The notes beneath the pieces are model-generated. The model made no database searches and was not told the DNA's origin. It worked only from the letters and a program-made list of their open reading frames with translations. A stretch of DNA of 60,329 nt, counting the filler. It is 7 parts of 7 records of this genome, joined end to end, with 100 filler letters (N's around TTAATTAATTAA, not from the genome) between each part and the next. Parts side by side here need not be neighbours in the genome. Positions count along the whole stretch, not along the records: positions 38,113 to 43,735 come from SRR31156797_10329; positions 43,836 to 51,553 come from SRR31156797_10339; 5 more parts are not named here. One strand, 5' to 3'. Within the stretch, counting starts at the first letter, position 1, and every line of letters starts with the position of its first letter. Shown piece after piece: positions 38,601 to 48,175 of the stretch. Made by a program: the position numbers and the translations under genes.

Positions 38601-39543
38601 CAAAAAGAAAAAACTGATCGCGTGGCTGCTTCCAATGAAGCGAGTCTTATACGCATTGATACCGGCATCCATCGCTTCAATTTACTTTTTTGGATGGCGT
38701 GCACTTGCAATGATAATTATTGTAAACATTTTCGGCTTTCTTTCTGAATATGTTTTTGCCCGTCATTACAAAGAACCGGTTAATTCCAGTGTGTTTGTTA
38801 CAAATCTGCTGTTTGCACTCACACTTCCGCCCTCTCTTCCGTTCTGGATGGCTGCAGTAGGAATTATTTTTGCAGTTGTGTTTGGAAAGATGGTCTTTGG
38901 CGGTTTTGGCAAGAACATCTTCAATCCTGCACTTGTTGGAAGAGCATTTATCTATGTAACTTTTGCAGGGTTTATGACAGGTGAATGGGTCGTTCCTTCA
39001 AAATCTCTTTTCGGAGGACTTTTAAGCTGGCAACCGGATGCTGTTACTTCTGCAACGATCTTAACATCCGGAACAATTGACAGCAGCTTTTATCTGATGT
39101 CTTTCTTAGGAAATATTCCCGGAAGTCTCGGTGAAACGAGTGCTCTTGCAATTTTAATTGGAGGTCTTTATCTATACCAGAAAAAGATCGCCAACAGATC
39201 AATAATAAACTGGACCTTTGTGAGTATGGTCTCACTTCAATCAATATTCTACTACACTGGGATAAGTCGCATTGATGCTGCAACTTCTGTTTTTGCCGGC
39301 GGATTTTTACTGGGTCTCTTTTTTATGGCGACAGATCCTGTTTCTGCACCTAAAAAAAAGGAAGCTCAGGTAATATACGGCATATTGATCGGCTCATTGA
39401 CCTCGCTTATCAGAACTTTTTCCGTCTGGCCTGAAGGCATGATGTTCGCCATCTTGCTTGCAAATATGTTCGCACCGGCAACTGACCTTGGAGTTACTGA
39501 ATATCTAAAACGAAAAAAACAAAAAGCGGCGGCAGGATCATGA
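38593..39543 (+). CDS. RnfD/NqrB-family membrane subunit
   Basis: 'GKMVFGGFGKNIFNPALVGRAF', FMN site 'DAVTSAT', 'GSLGETS', 'FFMATDPVSAP', 'EGMMFAILLAN'. Confidence 0.93.
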   Translation: MADKKKKLIAWLLPMKRVLYALIPASIASIYFFGWRALAMIIIVNIFGFLSEYVFARHYKEPVNSSVFVTNLLFALTLPPSLPFWMAAVGIIFAVVFGKMVFGGFGKNIFNPALVGRAFIYVTFAGFMTGEWVVPSKSLFGGLLSWQPDAVTSATILTSGTIDSSFYLMSFLGNIPGSLGETSALAILIGGLYLYQKKIANRSIINWTFVSMVSLQSIFYYTGISRIDAATSVFAGGFLLGLFFMATDPVSAPKKKEAQVIYGILIGSLTSLIRTFSVWPEGMMFAILLANMFAPATDLGVTEYLKRKKQKAAAGS

Positions 39544-40106
39544 GCAGAAAAAGCAAAACAAAAGAACGCATCATGATGGTCGCCTTCATGTTTGGGCTTA
39601 CGACTTTCTTTGTTACAGTCATATCTATTGCGCACATATCAACAAAAAAGACCGTAAAAAGAAATGAATCCTTATTTTTGAAAAGATCTATCCTTTATAC
39701 AGCGCAAATTCAAATTCCTGAAACTCCGGAAAAAGTTGAACAGCTTTTTATGGATACTGTAAAAATATTAAAAAGCGACCCTCCTGCAACTTATGAAGTA
39801 AGTGAAAACAATGAAAAAATTACCATTTATACTGTTTCAGGATCAGGTCTTTGGGGAGAGATAATTGCACATGTCGGATTTAAGAACGATAAGACCATAT
39901 CAGGGATCAGTTTTATAAAGCAGTCTGAAACTCCCGGACTTGGAGCAAGAATTGATGAAACCTGGTTTAAGGAACAGTTTCGAGGCAAAAAAGCTCCTCT
40001 TAAATTTGTGCCTGAAGGAAAAAGCAGTTCTAACGATGAGTTTGACGCTATTACAGGCGCCACAGTAACAACCACAGCTGTCAAAAATATGGTGAACGGA
40101 ATATGA
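39540..40106 (+). CDS. RnfG/NqrC-family FMN-binding subunit
   Basis: 'GSGLWGEI', 'ETPGLGARI', FMN site 'DAITGAT'. Confidence 0.92.
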   Translation: MSRKSKTKERIMMVAFMFGLTTFFVTVISIAHISTKKTVKRNESLFLKRSILYTAQIQIPETPEKVEQLFMDTVKILKSDPPATYEVSENNEKITIYTVSGSGLWGEIIAHVGFKNDKTISGISFIKQSETPGLGARIDETWFKEQFRGKKAPLKFVPEGKSSSNDEFDAITGATVTTTAVKNMVNGI

Positions 40107-40708
40107 AAAAAATTAAAAAACTAACCATTGCCAATCTTGGTAGAGACAATCCTGTTTTTGTACAGATCCTGGGGATATGCTCGACTCTTGCTGTGACAAA
40201 TGTTCTTGAAAATACCGTTGTAATGTCTTTGGGACTTATCTTTGTGACTGCACTTTCAAACACGACCGTTTCAATGCTTAGAAAGTGGATCCCTTCCAGG
40301 ATCAGAATGATGGTCTCTACTTTGATCATTGCTTCTTACGTAATATTTGTTGATATTGTTCTTAAGGCTTATGTTCCCGATGTTTCAAGACAACTTGGAC
40401 CTTACGTTGGACTGATCATAACAAACTGTATAATCATGGGAAGATCGGAAGCTTTTGCACTTAACAATAAGCCCGGCATTTCTTTTGTAGACGGTCTCAC
40501 TTCCGGGATTGGATACTCCTATGTGCTCTTAATTATTGCATTTTTCAGAGAATTAATGGGCAGTGGAACGATCTGGGGAACTCCAGTTCTAGGAGACTGG
40601 TGGGTCAACTGGTCGATCATGGTAATGGCTCCCGGGGCATTTTTCATGCTTGCGATCTTTATTTGGATAGTTAAGGGAAAATTGATCAAAGAGGAGGCAA
40701 CGTCATGA
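40103..40708 (+). CDS. NqrD/RnfE-family membrane subunit
   Basis: 'NPVFVQILGICSTLAVT', 'VGLIITNCIIMGR'. Confidence 0.93.
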   Translation: MKKIKKLTIANLGRDNPVFVQILGICSTLAVTNVLENTVVMSLGLIFVTALSNTTVSMLRKWIPSRIRMMVSTLIIASYVIFVDIVLKAYVPDVSRQLGPYVGLIITNCIIMGRSEAFALNNKPGISFVDGLTSGIGYSYVLLIIAFFRELMGSGTIWGTPVLGDWWVNWSIMVMAPGAFFMLAIFIWIVKGKLIKEEATS

Positions 40709-41304
40709 GTGAATATTCAGGTCTCGGTGTTTTTGCCATCTTCTTTGCTGCGGCTTTTACAAGCAACATTCTTCTTACACTTTATCTTGGAATGTGCAGT
40801 TTCCTTGCGGTTTCAAGAAAAGTAGAAACTGCTTTTGGTCTGGGAATGGCCGTTATTTTTGTCATGACCGCTACAAGTGCGATCAATTGGCTTATACACA
40901 CATTTCTGCTTGTTCCATACAATCTTGAGCACTTCAAATACATTGTTTTTATCATAGTTATCGCCGCTTTTGTTCAACTTGTTGAAATGGTGATAGAAAG
41001 GATAAGCGAACCTCTTTATAACGCTCTTGGGATCTTTCTTCCACTTATCACTGTAAATTGCGCTATTTTAGGTGTGAGCCTTTTTATGATAATTAGAAGC
41101 TATACACTTGCGCAGTCAGTTGCATTTGGAGCAGGAAGTGGCGTTGGATGGCTTATTGCAATAATTGCAATGGCAGGAATCAGACAGAAGATCGAAAAAA
41201 GCAGAATTCCAAAAGGTCTTGAAGGCGCCGGCATCACTCTTATAATTGCAGGGATCATGTCAATGGCTTTTATGGGTTTTACAGGAATGATAGGGTTAAA
41301 TTAA
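40705..41304 (+). CDS. NqrE/RnfA-family membrane subunit
   Basis: 'YLGMCSFLAVS', 'LGIFLPLITVNCAILG'. Confidence 0.93.
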   Translation: MSEYSGLGVFAIFFAAAFTSNILLTLYLGMCSFLAVSRKVETAFGLGMAVIFVMTATSAINWLIHTFLLVPYNLEHFKYIVFIIVIAAFVQLVEMVIERISEPLYNALGIFLPLITVNCAILGVSLFMIIRSYTLAQSVAFGAGSGVGWLIAIIAMAGIRQKIEKSRIPKGLEGAGITLIIAGIMSMAFMGFTGMIGLN

Positions 41305-42410
41305 TGGATTTTCAGTGGATCGAACTTTTTCAAAGCATTCTAATAATTTCAGGCATTGCTGTCTTTCTTGCAATACTCATGGTCATTGCAGATGCAACTG
41401 TTGGGAATTATGGAGAAAAGAAGCTGCTCATCAACAAAGACAAAGAACTTGTTGTTGATGGTGGCACGCCTCTTTTAAATGCTCTTAAAAGCGAAGGTAT
41501 TTTCATTCCTTCTGCCTGTGGAGGTCGCGGTTCTTGCGGACTTTGCAAGATCCAAATCGATTCAGGTGGCGGTGATTTTCTGCCGACTGAACTTCCCTGG
41601 CTAAGTGATGATGAACAAAAGAAAAATATCAGGCTTAGTTGTCAGCTTAAAGTAAAGAATGATATGGAATTGACAGTACCTGAAGAACTTTTTAACATCA
41701 AGGAATTTCAGGCACAAGTGACTGGATTAACTGAACTTACTCACGACATCAAAGAACTTGAGATGACTTTGAAAGACCCTACAGATATCGAATTTAAAGC
41801 TGGACAGTTCATACAGCTTGAAGTTCCTGAATATGAGCTGACAGATGAGCCTGTTTACCGTGCATATTCAGTCTGTTCTCAACCTTCACTCAAAAACAAA
41901 GTGAAACTTCAGATCAAACTTGTACCAAACGGAATATGCACAACTTATGTTCACAAGCACATGAAAGTTGGTGATAAAGCAACAATAAATGGTCCTTACG
42001 GGGATTTTTATTTAAGAGATACCGATAGAGATATTGTTATGATGGCGACCGGTTCAGGAATGGCTCCCATGTGCTCAATACTTCTTGATATGGCTGAAAA
42101 AGCTAATAATAGAAAGGTTACTTTTCTCTTTGGATGTAAGGAAAAATGCGATCTCTTTCTTATTCGAGAAATGGCTGAACTTGAAAAAAGACTCCCTAAC
42201 TTTAAATTTGTTCCATCTTTAAGTCGTCCTGATGATGACTGGGAAGGATCTACCGGCAGATTGAACACTCTTGTAAAAGAACACATCGATGATCCGGAAA
42301 ATACAGAAGCTTATCTATGCGCAGGCACACGAGTTCTTGAATCTTATGGTGAAGCTTTAAAAGAAGCGGGAATTCCCGAAGATCAGGTCTTTTTTGATGA
42401 TTTTGGATAG
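41304..42410 (+). CDS. NqrF-like subunit (TM + 2Fe-2S + FAD/NAD(P)H reductase)
   Basis: 'IPSACGGRGSCGLC', 'RLSCQ', 'RAYS', 'GPYGDF', 'ATGSGMAP', C-terminal 'FDDFG'. Confidence 0.92.
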   Translation: MDFQWIELFQSILIISGIAVFLAILMVIADATVGNYGEKKLLINKDKELVVDGGTPLLNALKSEGIFIPSACGGRGSCGLCKIQIDSGGGDFLPTELPWLSDDEQKKNIRLSCQLKVKNDMELTVPEELFNIKEFQAQVTGLTELTHDIKELEMTLKDPTDIEFKAGQFIQLEVPEYELTDEPVYRAYSVCSQPSLKNKVKLQIKLVPNGICTTYVHKHMKVGDKATINGPYGDFYLRDTDRDIVMMATGSGMAPMCSILLDMAEKANNRKVTFLFGCKEKCDLFLIREMAELEKRLPNFKFVPSLSRPDDDWEGSTGRLNTLVKEHIDDPENTEAYLCAGTRVLESYGEALKEAGIPEDQVFFDDFG

Positions 42411-42419
42411 GAGAAAGCG

Positions 42420-42872
42420 ATGAAACAGTCTCCCGAACTAAAGAAAATTCAGGATCAACTTAAACGCGGCGCTATAACGCCTGAAGGATTTCTGGGAACT
42501 GACAAAAGGAATCTTATCGATATTCTAACCGATGATGATGCGCAAGTTAACAGACTTGGACTCTCGCATGAAGATATCGCCAAAAAAATGAAGTTTTTCA
42601 GAGATGAGGGCTTAAAAGTTGTTGAAGACTGGACTCAGCTAGATCATTTTGAAGTCCTCACTGAAAGCATGAGAGGAAAGTTCCCATGTCCCTTTGGTCA
42701 TCCGGGCATGGTCGATAAGACAAACATCACAGTCGTGAATAAAAAACTCAATAAAAAGATCTTCTTCACCGATCTACAAATTCACTTGATCGAACACCAT
42801 GGTTTTTATCAGGGAAAAGGGTCAAGTTACAGACTTGAACCGAAAGAAATTGCGGAGATCTTGGAAGTTTAG
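42420..42872 (+). CDS. Hypothetical protein with Cys/His motifs
   Basis: 9 nt after the NqrF-like stop, RBS AGGAG; 'GFLGTDKR', 'CPFGHPG', 'HLIEHHGFYQGKGSSYRLEP'. Confidence 0.8.
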   Translation: MKQSPELKKIQDQLKRGAITPEGFLGTDKRNLIDILTDDDAQVNRLGLSHEDIAKKMKFFRDEGLKVVEDWTQLDHFEVLTESMRGKFPCPFGHPGMVDKTNITVVNKKLNKKIFFTDLQIHLIEHHGFYQGKGSSYRLEPKEIAEILEV

Positions 42873-42971
42873 CCACGAATACGCCTTCTGTTTATAAAAC
42901 TATCCATTTTGTTTGACAAAACACCCATTCGCATTTAGATTTAAATATTAAAAATCCTCCATGAGGCTTAA

Positions 42972-43735
42972 ATGAACAAAGGATCTCATTCTGAATTAGA
43001 TAAAAGTTCATACAGCTCACTGCTTAACGAACTAAAAAGCATTCTCAGCAAAGGTCAGGCAAAAGCATATAAAGCCGTTGACAACATCAAAGTTCAAACT
43101 TACTGGCAGATCGGAGAAAGAATTGTTCGGGAAGAATTGAATAATAAAGATCGTGCTGATTACGGAAAACAGCTTGTAAGCCACCTATCTCAAGATCTAG
43201 CTATTTCAAAGAAAAGAATGTATGAAATCGTAAAGTTTTTCAGATGTTACCCAATTGTCCGGACAGTGTCAGGACAATTGAGCTGGAACCATTACATTGA
43301 ACTTATTAAAATACGAACCAATGATGAAAGATTGTTTTATCAATCAAATGCAGCTAACCAAAACTGGAGCATTCGGGAACTCCGCAGACAGATCAAAAAC
43401 AATCTTTTTGACAACACAGCATCAGAAAAAAAGCTCCCCGAAACTATAAAAATGGAACCAGTTAAAACATCTGAAATTTTCAAAGCTCAGTACGACCTAG
43501 GCTTTATTGGAAACTATTCTAATGAAGATGAGCTTGAAACAAAAATATCGAAAAACATCGATAACTTCTTAGTTGAACTTGGCTCTGAAATTTATTATGG
43601 TGGAAGACAAATTCCTATCAAAATCGATGGAAAAAATCATTACATTGATATTCTTCTCTACCATAAAGGAATTCCCTGCAACATTATTGTTGAACTAAAA
43701 ACTCACAAGCTTGATAGCAGAGATATTGGACAGAT
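42972..43735 (+). CDS. DUF1016/YhcG-family PD-(D/E)XK nuclease domain protein, 3'-partial
   Basis: 'YWQIGERIV', 'LSWNHY', 'WSIRELRRQI', 'YIDILLYH...VELK...DIGQ'. Confidence 0.92.
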
Positions 43736-43835
43736 NNNNNNNNNNNNNNNNNNNNNNNNNNNNNNNNNNNNNNNNNNNNTTAATTAATTAANNNNNNNNN
43801 NNNNNNNNNNNNNNNNNNNNNNNNNNNNNNNNNNN
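43736..43835. other. Artificial contig linker
   Basis: N44-TTAATTAATTAA-N44. Confidence 0.98.
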
Positions 43836-43965
43836 GACCGACCGAAGGTCTAATGAAGCGTGTTGATGCGCCGCAACAAACTGCGGTTTATATGGCAAGT
43901 TTCAGTTTGATGCGCCTTAGCTTGCTGCGGGGAGCTTCATCAATATAGCTGCGGGCGATACGGGG

Positions 43966-44655
43966 ATGAAGAGAATACTGTTAAAAATGGTCAAGGCGGC
44001 CGGTTTGCTTGTCCTGATCCTGGTTGTTTTTTCATGCCTCCAGGTTTTGGCCCTGAAATACGTCAATCCGCCTTTCAGCGCATATATGCTGCGGGACTGG
44101 TTTGCATCGGGCCGGAATTTTAAGCTGACTCTTGAATGGGCGCCCCGGGAAAAGCTTTCAGTCCATTTGGCCAAAGCGGTTATTGCTTCCGAAGATCAAA
44201 GGTTTTACGAGCATAACGGGTTTGACTGGATTGAGGTGGAAAAGGCTGTCAAACAGGCTCAAAAAAAGGGGAAAAAGCCAAGAGGCGCCAGCACGATTTC
44301 CATGCAGGTGGCCCGGAACATGTTTCTGTGGTCGGATCGTTCCTGGATCAGAAAAGGCTTGGAAGCATATTATACCGTTCTACTGGAATTGTTTTTATCT
44401 AAAAACAGGATTTTGGAAATTTATCTGAATATTGCGGAAATGGGGCCCTGCGTGTACGGCGCGCCCGCGGCTTCGTCCAAATATTACAAACAGCCGGCTT
44501 CACGCCTTAGCCCGGAACGCGCCGCACGTCTGGCCATTGTGCTGCCTTCGCCCAAAAAGCGATCTCCAAACAGGCAAACCGCCTGGTTGACCAAAAGAAA
44601 ACAATCCATACTCAGACAAATGAGATATATTTATCTTGAGGATTGGCCCGGCTAA
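43966..44655 (+). CDS. mtgA: Monofunctional peptidoglycan transglycosylase
   Basis: GT51 motifs 'SEDQRFYEHNGFD', 'RGASTISMQVARN', 'RKGLEA', 'RILEIYLN'. Confidence 0.93.
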   Translation: MKRILLKMVKAAGLLVLILVVFSCLQVLALKYVNPPFSAYMLRDWFASGRNFKLTLEWAPREKLSVHLAKAVIASEDQRFYEHNGFDWIEVEKAVKQAQKKGKKPRGASTISMQVARNMFLWSDRSWIRKGLEAYYTVLLELFLSKNRILEIYLNIAEMGPCVYGAPAASSKYYKQPASRLSPERAARLAIVLPSPKKRSPNRQTAWLTKRKQSILRQMRYIYLEDWPG

Positions 44656-44729
44656 ACCAGAATAATGCAGTTGGATTCGGCGCTGCTGCAAAGTGCATCT
44701 GGTTATTTCGAGTTTAATATTTGACAAAA

Positions 44730-44769
44730 AATCCGGTTATTCGGAATAAATAACCTGAATAACCGGATT
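44730..44769. terminator. 13-bp inverted repeat between convergent genes
   Basis: AATCCGGTTATTC ... GAATAACCGGATT. Confidence 0.6.
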
Positions 44770-44806
44770 AAAGTTTTATTGTAAATATTCAATAAATAGA
44801 AAAAAA

Positions 44807-46171
44807 TTACTTCAACTTCTTCATGGCGATTTCGCTGGATATCAAAACCGGGTCCCAGACGGGAGAATAGGGCGGGGCATAGGCCAGGTCAAGGCCGTGT
44901 ATCTGTTCCAGGCTCATGCCTGCGGCCAGGGCGGTCGCCCAGGTGTTGATTCTGTGGGCCACGCCGTCAACGCCGGTCATCTGGGCGCCCCAGAGCTTTT
45001 TACTGCCGCGCTCCACAACCAGGACTGTTTTTATTGGAGCGGATCCAGGGTAGTAATGAGGCCGCGATCTGGCCGTGATATCAATGGTTATGGCATCATA
45101 GCCTTCATCCCTGGCTTCTTTTAATCCCAGTCCTGTTCTGGCCACGGTCAGGTCAAAGACCTTACAGATTGTGGTTCCCAGAACGCCGGGGAATTCGACC
45201 GGGGAACCGGAAATATTATGACCCACAATTCTACCCTGTCGGTTTGCTCCAAGAGCCAAGGGTATGTAAGCGTTCCGCTTGAGCAGACTGTGATAAACTT
45301 CGCAGCAGTCGCCCGCCGACCAGATGTTGTCATGGGAAGTTCTTTGGGTGCGGTCGACGCTGACTGCTTTTTTTACACCGACTTTTATACCTGCGCCCAC
45401 GGCCAGGCTGCTGCGCGGCTTGACGCCTGCTCCCACAACTATCAGGTCGGTGGATATCGTGCGTCCGTCCGAAAGTGAAAGAAGTAGACGACTTCCTTGC
45501 CTTTCAACTCCGGCGGCTTCCACTCCATTAATCAAATTCACATTCTTGCGCAACAGTTCCTTTTCAACTTCGTCCCTGATTTCATCCTCAAAAAGAGGCA
45601 TGACCTTGGGGCGCCGCCCGACGACTGTTACTTCAAGGCCGGCCTGGGCCAGGGCTTCGGCCATTTCCATGCCGATGTACCCGGTTCCTACGACCAGGCC
45701 TTCTTTTATCGAATTTTCCTGAATGTATTTTTTAATACCGTCCGCGTCGTGAAGGGTCCTCAAATGATAAACGCCGGGTAGATTAATATCCAGTCCGGGG
45801 GGTATCACGGGTTCGGCCCCGGTGGCGATCAAAAGATCGTCATAACCGGCTTCTTTAAGCTCATCCGTTTCCAGATTCCGGACTTCAATGGCTTTGGCGG
45901 AAGGATCTATTTTTTCAACCCGGTGGCGCATAAAAACATTGATGCCGCGCTTTTCCCTGAATTCTTCGGGCGTCACCACTACCAGATCTTCCAACTTGCC
46001 GACTTCTCCGGAAACGTAATAAGGCATACCGCAGGCGCCGTAGGAAGTGAAATCCCCCATTTCATAAGCTTCTATTTCCAGGTCGGGCATGCGCCTTTTG
46101 GCCAGGCTGGCGGCGCTCATGCCGGCCGCATCCCCGCCTATCACCACGAATCTTCTCTTATTCATTTTCAC
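44807..46171 (-). CDS. CoA-disulfide reductase / NADH oxidase family flavoprotein
   Basis: 'GGDAAGMSAA', redox Cys 'SYGACGMPY', 'ATGA', 'GTGYIGMEMAE', 'YAPPYSPVWDP'. Confidence 0.92.
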   Translation of the reverse strand: MKMNKRRFVVIGGDAAGMSAASLAKRRMPDLEIEAYEMGDFTSYGACGMPYYVSGEVGKLEDLVVVTPEEFREKRGINVFMRHRVEKIDPSAKAIEVRNLETDELKEAGYDDLLIATGAEPVIPPGLDINLPGVYHLRTLHDADGIKKYIQENSIKEGLVVGTGYIGMEMAEALAQAGLEVTVVGRRPKVMPLFEDEIRDEVEKELLRKNVNLINGVEAAGVERQGSRLLLSLSDGRTISTDLIVVGAGVKPRSSLAVGAGIKVGVKKAVSVDRTQRTSHDNIWSAGDCCEVYHSLLKRNAYIPLALGANRQGRIVGHNISGSPVEFPGVLGTTICKVFDLTVARTGLGLKEARDEGYDAITIDITARSRPHYYPGSAPIKTVLVVERGSKKLWGAQMTGVDGVAHRINTWATALAAGMSLEQIHGLDLAYAPPYSPVWDPVLISSEIAMKKLK

Positions 46172-46236
46172 AATCCCTTTTTGCTTATCAATTCACACTG
46201 ATTAATAAAATGCGCCAAATCCAATATGATTTATAA

Positions 46237-48156
46237 TTACTTTATGTTACCTAGTTTCTGCCATGATTCGGAGATAATTCTCCAATACCCGCCTCTGTTT
46301 GCAAATACCAGCCGCTTCAAACCATAATCCTTGTATTGATCGGCCCTGAAAGCCTGCATAAAAACAGCTTCCGCCTTATCGCCCTTGATATCTATTTCCA
46401 GGTTTGAAGCTGTGACTGAAATCCCTGAATACTTACGGAAAGTGTCTATTTTATATTTTTTAAAGGCCTTAAGATCCATATCTCTGAATCTGAAATCAGG
46501 ATCGTAAAAACCGATAAAAGCCTCCAGGTCCTTTTTTTCCCAGGCCTTTATCCAGGAGTCGATGATATTTTTAATTTCCTTTTTCCGGTCGGTCAATACC
46601 GGGGCGGCGCCGGTTTTTATTCCTGGTTTCTTATACTTCCCGCTTGTTTTACCCGAAGACTTTAGCGGCCTGTTGTCAAGGTCCACTATTTTGGGCGGCG
46701 CCCCGCCCGCCCGGGGAGCGGGATAAAACTCCATGGCCCTTTTTCTGACTGTATCCGCGTCCTTGCGGATCTCGGCGGCTTCGCTCCCGGAACGATTTGC
46801 AGCTATTGTTTCCAGGGCTTGGGCGATAGTCAGCAAAATGCTCTCACTATCCACGGTTTTTATTCCAAGTTTCTCGTCGCTCGAAGTATAAAACCTGGGA
46901 TTGTTGGCCGATTTTCTTAGAAATTCAAGATCCTTATCCGAACCGGACCTGCCCAGGGCCGTAATAGCCGCTTCCGTGTATTCTTTCTTGTTTACCAGGC
47001 CGTAGATTAAGGCCAGGGCTTTTTTATCAGGTTTGCAGCCCAGCGCTTTTATTATTTCCTGCCTGACTTCAGTGGATTTTTCAATGCTGAAGGCATTATA
47101 AAGAGTTGAGGACGTTTCCGGATTGCAGAAAGAGGCCAGGGCCATGGCGCAGGATTTTCTGACATCCGCCGAAGGGTCTTTTCTTAGGGAATTGCTCAAC
47201 GCCCTTATGGCTGCTTCCGTATTATAGGCGCCAAGCTTCAGCGCGGCGTCGGACCTGACCTGGATCATGGCGGCTTCCCGGGCCGCTCCCGCGTCGGCGT
47301 CGGAAAATTCGAATTGCTTGACGTGACTTCTGAGTTTTAATTCAAAAGTTTTAGCCAGACCGCTCAGGTTGCCGCCGGCATCCATTAATTCCGCGGAATA
47401 GTCCCTTAGGGCCAGGGCTTCTTCACTCCGGCCTTCGTCAAGCATTTTCAAGGCTTCTCTGCCCAAACGCTTGCCCAGGCTGTTGGTCAGGACGCTCAAA
47501 CCGTATGCTTCCCGAAGTAATGACTGGGGATATTGGGGTTTGGGGTTTTTCAGATTGTCGTATAGCACGTCAAACAACTTTGTCAGGTCGCTGATGAGTT
47601 GTTCCTGTATGCGCGCCAGCAAGTCCGGTGTGTCATAGGCATGAAAAGCGGCCCAATAAAGCCGGGAGTCCTTTTTGAATGCTTCGGCGTATTGCTTTCT
47701 CGCAGCCTCGGTTTTGCCTGATACTTCGTAATTAACGGCCCGGGCCAGAATGGATTCCAGCGGGGCCTGGTTTTTTAACCAAGAACCAAAAAGACTTTTA
47801 TAGGCTTTGGGATTTCCCTTTGCCAGGGCGATCAGCGCTTCCCGGGATCTTCTGCGGACTTCAATATTTCTGTCAGCCAGGCGCTTCATCAGGTATGGCG
47901 CCGCCTCTATGCGGCCCGATTGTCCAAGATCGCGGGCGGCAAGCCAGCGCTCCCTCGAATCGGTTGACTCAAGTTTTAACAAAAGCGATGGATAGGACGG
48001 CGGGACGGGAAGGGCGGCAAGCCGCCTTATGAGCATGGCCTGCTTGTCGGGGTCGAACTGGCCGGACTCATCCGCAATAGCCGGACATATGTTCAGGCCG
48101 ACGATTATAAATAATATGAAGACCGATGTTACGGCCTTTAAGAATCCGGAATGCAT
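46237..48156 (-). CDS. Secreted HEAT-repeat protein with C-terminal NTF2-like (Csd6 C-terminal-like) domain
   Basis: Start ATG 48156 (MHSGF...) gives a signal peptide; HEAT units 'DRNIEVRRRS', 'DPSADVRKSCAMAL'; C-terminal 'WIKAWEKKD...FYDPDF...WRIISESW'. Confidence 0.75.
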   Translation of the reverse strand: MHSGFLKAVTSVFILFIIVGLNICPAIADESGQFDPDKQAMLIRRLAALPVPPSYPSLLLKLESTDSRERWLAARDLGQSGRIEAAPYLMKRLADRNIEVRRRSREALIALAKGNPKAYKSLFGSWLKNQAPLESILARAVNYEVSGKTEAARKQYAEAFKKDSRLYWAAFHAYDTPDLLARIQEQLISDLTKLFDVLYDNLKNPKPQYPQSLLREAYGLSVLTNSLGKRLGREALKMLDEGRSEEALALRDYSAELMDAGGNLSGLAKTFELKLRSHVKQFEFSDADAGAAREAAMIQVRSDAALKLGAYNTEAAIRALSNSLRKDPSADVRKSCAMALASFCNPETSSTLYNAFSIEKSTEVRQEIIKALGCKPDKKALALIYGLVNKKEYTEAAITALGRSGSDKDLEFLRKSANNPRFYTSSDEKLGIKTVDSESILLTIAQALETIAANRSGSEAAEIRKDADTVRKRAMEFYPAPRAGGAPPKIVDLDNRPLKSSGKTSGKYKKPGIKTGAAPVLTDRKKEIKNIIDSWIKAWEKKDLEAFIGFYDPDFRFRDMDLKAFKKYKIDTFRKYSGISVTASNLEIDIKGDKAEAVFMQAFRADQYKDYGLKRLVFANRGGYWRIISESWQKLGNIK

Positions 48157-48175
48157 CGGATAACGGCCCTGAGGC

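Noticed and set aside
43836-43915. Possible REP/MITE-like element end at the contig start
   Set aside because: Only weak dyad symmetry and no second copy in the window
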